Positions 15,467 to 17,638 of a stretch of DNA of 17,638 bases are shown here, piece by piece. A program made the position numbers and the translations under genes. A model generated the notes under the pieces. That model did not search any database and was not told the DNA's origin. It worked only from the letters and a program-made list of their open reading frames with translations. Origin of the DNA: an uncultured Oligoflexus sp. (GTDB lineage Bacteria > Bdellovibrionota_B > Oligoflexia > Oligoflexales > Oligoflexaceae); NCBI GenBank assembly GCA_964236955.1, contig CAXSGP010000009.1, forward strand, positions 1 through 17,638. The letters are read 5' to 3'. The number at the start of each line of letters is the position of its first letter. The first letter of the stretch is position 1.

Positions 15467-15904
15467 CTAAACCATATCCTTCAAGCCTTTTAGAGCACGA
15501 ACTTTTACGACGTTACGAGCTGGCTTTGCTTTGAAAGTCATCTCTTCGCCAGTGAAAGGGTTGGTACCTTTACGAGCTTTGGTTGCCGGCTTCTTGGTAA
15601 CAGTGACTTTCATAAGGCCAGGAACTGTGAAAGTACCTGGGCCTTTCGTGAGATCGTTACCGATCAAAGCGCCTAGGCTCTCAAAAACTCCGCCAATTTC
15701 CTTCTTGGTCAAGCCAGTTTGATCCGAAAGTGTAGCCAGGATTTGGCTTTTGGTACGGACTTTGGCAACTTTGTCGAAAGATTTAGGGCCTGAAACCGCT
15801 ACGCGGGGCTCTTTTTTAGCTTTTGCCTTAGGTGCGGCTTTAGCTGCTGGTTTCTTGCTTGCCTTAGTAGCAGTCTTCTTAACTTTAGCTTTTTTCTTAG
15901 CCAT
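15467..15904 (-). CDS. HU-family DNA-binding protein with Lys/Ala-rich N-terminal tail
   Basis: TKSQI...L...TGL.KK...F..PGL.K......A.KAR.G.NPFTGE...FKAKPA..V.V.ALK.LK. Start ATG 15904 with GGAGG RBS (145 aa). Confidence 0.92.
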   Translation of the reverse strand: MAKKKAKVKKTATKASKKPAAKAAPKAKAKKEPRVAVSGPKSFDKVAKVRTKSQILATLSDQTGLTKKEIGGVFESLGALIGNDLTKGPGTFTVPGLMKVTVTKKPATKARKGTNPFTGEEMTFKAKPARNVVKVRALKGLKDMV

Positions 15905-16164
15905 AGGATCTCGACCTCCAAAAAAATAAGAATGAGCGATGGTGCATATTCTATAAATTACGATAGATGAGCAGAAAAAATCAAGCTGCTCTTCATGCAC
16001 CAATTACAAAATTGAGTTTTGGAGATACATCAATTTAATAAGGGTGCGCAATAATTTTAGCTCATTCCTAGCATTTTTTAGGTTATTCTGGTCTCAGGAT
16101 ATGAGTATTTTTTTTTGCGGGCCCCACCGACCTCGGCCCGAGAGACGCTAGTTTTGGAGTTTTA

Positions 16165-17337
16165 ATGAAAAAAAACTTGGCGCCAAGAGAGATTTTGGGA
16201 ACAAAACATGTCCTGGTGGTCGAGCCTACCCTAAATTATAGGAACTCGATCAAAGGTTTTTTCAGCAATCTTAAGGTTTCCAACTATAAGTTCGTATCGA
16301 CGGTGAAGGAAGCAAAAATAGCCCTTCTGACTCTGGACGTGGGCCTGTTTATCTGCGAATGGAGCCTAAAGGAGACCAATGGTATCCAATTCTGTCGGGA
16401 AATTCGGGAAAACAGCCGCTTTCAAGCCGTACCTTTTCTACTGCTTTCGGTGGAGAATCTCAAAAAAGACGTGATTTTGGCTAGCGAGGTGGGAATCGAT
16501 GGGTATTTATTGAAGCCGTTCAGCTACGAAGAGTTTAAAGAGGCGATACTCAATTCGCTCAAAGTCCAAAACATTCCCACCCCAATCAATCGACTTCTGC
16601 TGGAGGCGGGGTCCCTGATGGAAGCCAAGGCTTACGAACGGGCCGAGGACCTCTACAATAAGATCATAGTGGAATCCCCTTTATCAGCGCGTGCCTGGCA
16701 TGGCCTGGCCCTCATTGCCGACCGTAAGGGCGATCAGGCCAAGGCGATCGAACTCCTCAGGCGTTCGATCGACATGAATGAAGAGTATGTCGATGCCCTA
16801 AGAGACCTGATCGAGATACTCGCCATCCGCGGGCCGATCCGCGAACTTGTCCAATTTGCCACCAAAGCTCATGAAATTAGCCCGGAAAATCCTAAATACA
16901 CGATCATTCTGGCAAAGGCCCATTTGGAAGAAGAAGACTACGCGAGCTCGGAATATTTCTTTAAAAAGACGATACGCCTCTCGCCGAAGCTCGCCCAAGC
17001 CTTTAAAGGACTCGGTCGCCTTTATTTGATCCAGGAGGATTACGATTCCGCGATGAAGAATTTTGAAAGATCCCTCGATCTTGACGAAGCGGACGTCAGC
17101 ACCCTGAATTCGCTGGGCATGACCTATATAAAATTGGGGAAATACCAGGAAGGAATCGACAAATACCAGGCGGCCCTTAAGATTCGGCCCAATGATCACC
17201 GTATCCTCTTCAACCTCGGCTACGCCAAAGAAAAGATCAACGATCCAGAGAGCGCCCGTTATTTCTATCAGCAGGTCCTCAGCCTCAAGCCCGATTTTGA
17301 CAAAGCCCAAAGAAGAATCAAGGCTCTCGCTAAATAG
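16165..17337 (+). CDS. receiver-domain (atypical) plus TPR-repeat protein
   Basis: CheY-like N-terminus (VLVVE, ICEW...NG..FC..IR, P.LLLS, G.DGYL.KPF) followed by about 7 TPR repeats; GGAG RBS. Confidence 0.9.
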   Translation: MKKNLAPREILGTKHVLVVEPTLNYRNSIKGFFSNLKVSNYKFVSTVKEAKIALLTLDVGLFICEWSLKETNGIQFCREIRENSRFQAVPFLLLSVENLKKDVILASEVGIDGYLLKPFSYEEFKEAILNSLKVQNIPTPINRLLLEAGSLMEAKAYERAEDLYNKIIVESPLSARAWHGLALIADRKGDQAKAIELLRRSIDMNEEYVDALRDLIEILAIRGPIRELVQFATKAHEISPENPKYTIILAKAHLEEEDYASSEYFFKKTIRLSPKLAQAFKGLGRLYLIQEDYDSAMKNFERSLDLDEADVSTLNSLGMTYIKLGKYQEGIDKYQAALKIRPNDHRILFNLGYAKEKINDPESARYFYQQVLSLKPDFDKAQRRIKALAK

Positions 17338-17380
17338 ACTCCTGCTCAGGAGACGCCCTTGAAGGCGTCACTGTCGCGGG

Positions 17381-17638
17381 TTAAACACAGGCTGTTTGAT
17401 TCAGAAGGTCCTTGCCAATCATCTGATATTCCGCCAAACACTCAGGATTGGCTATCGCCGTCTGATTATCCACAGGCCGTCCCTGCAGGATCCTGGTCAC
17501 GGCTAATTCGAGCTTTTTCCCGCTCCGCGTGTAAGGAATGTCGGTGATCTGAAAAATCGACGCTGGGACATGCCGCGGCGAAAGATTGTTGCGAAGCGTC
17601 ACACGAATCTCCTTATCGAGTTCGGGCGTCAGCTGCAT
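17381..17638 (-). CDS. acetoacetate--CoA ligase, C-terminal fragment (runs off the right edge)
   Basis: LSPRHVP..I..I.DIPYTRSGKKLE.AV..IL.G......AIANPE.L is the characteristic acetoacetyl-CoA synthetase C-terminus. Confidence 0.88.
   Translation of the reverse strand: MQLTPELDKEIRVTLRNNLSPRHVPASIFQITDIPYTRSGKKLELAVTRILQGRPVDNQTAIANPECLAEYQMIGKDLLNQTACV

Noticed and set aside
17339..17369. Two short hairpins (CTCCTG/CAGGAG, GACGCC/GGCGTC) between convergent genes
   Set aside because: No U-tract on either strand; at most weak 3'-end structures.
1..17638. CRISPR array, transposase, integrase, riboswitch or defence system
   Set aside because: No regularly spaced repeats, mobile-element motifs or recognisable riboswitch cores (for example c-di-GMP-I) found by eye.

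Overview
Mostly core chromosomal DNA from a bacterium. Gene style (rpoZ, receiver-TPR protein, HU-like protein, sigma54/sigma28-type motifs) suggests Bdellovibrionota/Oligoflexia or a related deltaproteobacterial lineage; this is an inference. Left to right: a VOC/YycE-type gene, tRNA-Ser(CGA), a tandem pair of paralogous unknown proteins divergent from another unknown gene across a sigma28-like promoter, a DUF883/YqjD-like protein, rpoZ, and a + strand run (TPR plus putative outer-membrane beta-barrel, two hypotheticals, nnr, gamma-carbonic-anhydrase family, rhodanese). Then a membrane-anchored zincin-like protein (HExxxH) behind a sigma54-type promoter, a minus-strand HAD-IIA/pdxA/uvrA-like operon, folK, an HU-like protein with a Lys/Ala-rich tail, a pseudo-receiver-TPR protein, and the 3' end of an acetoacetate-CoA ligase. 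I saw no CRISPR array, integrase or transposase. The best candidates for undescribed biology are the sigma28-linked paralog module (1194-2533), the TPR-barrel operon and the sigma54-linked HExxxH peptidase.
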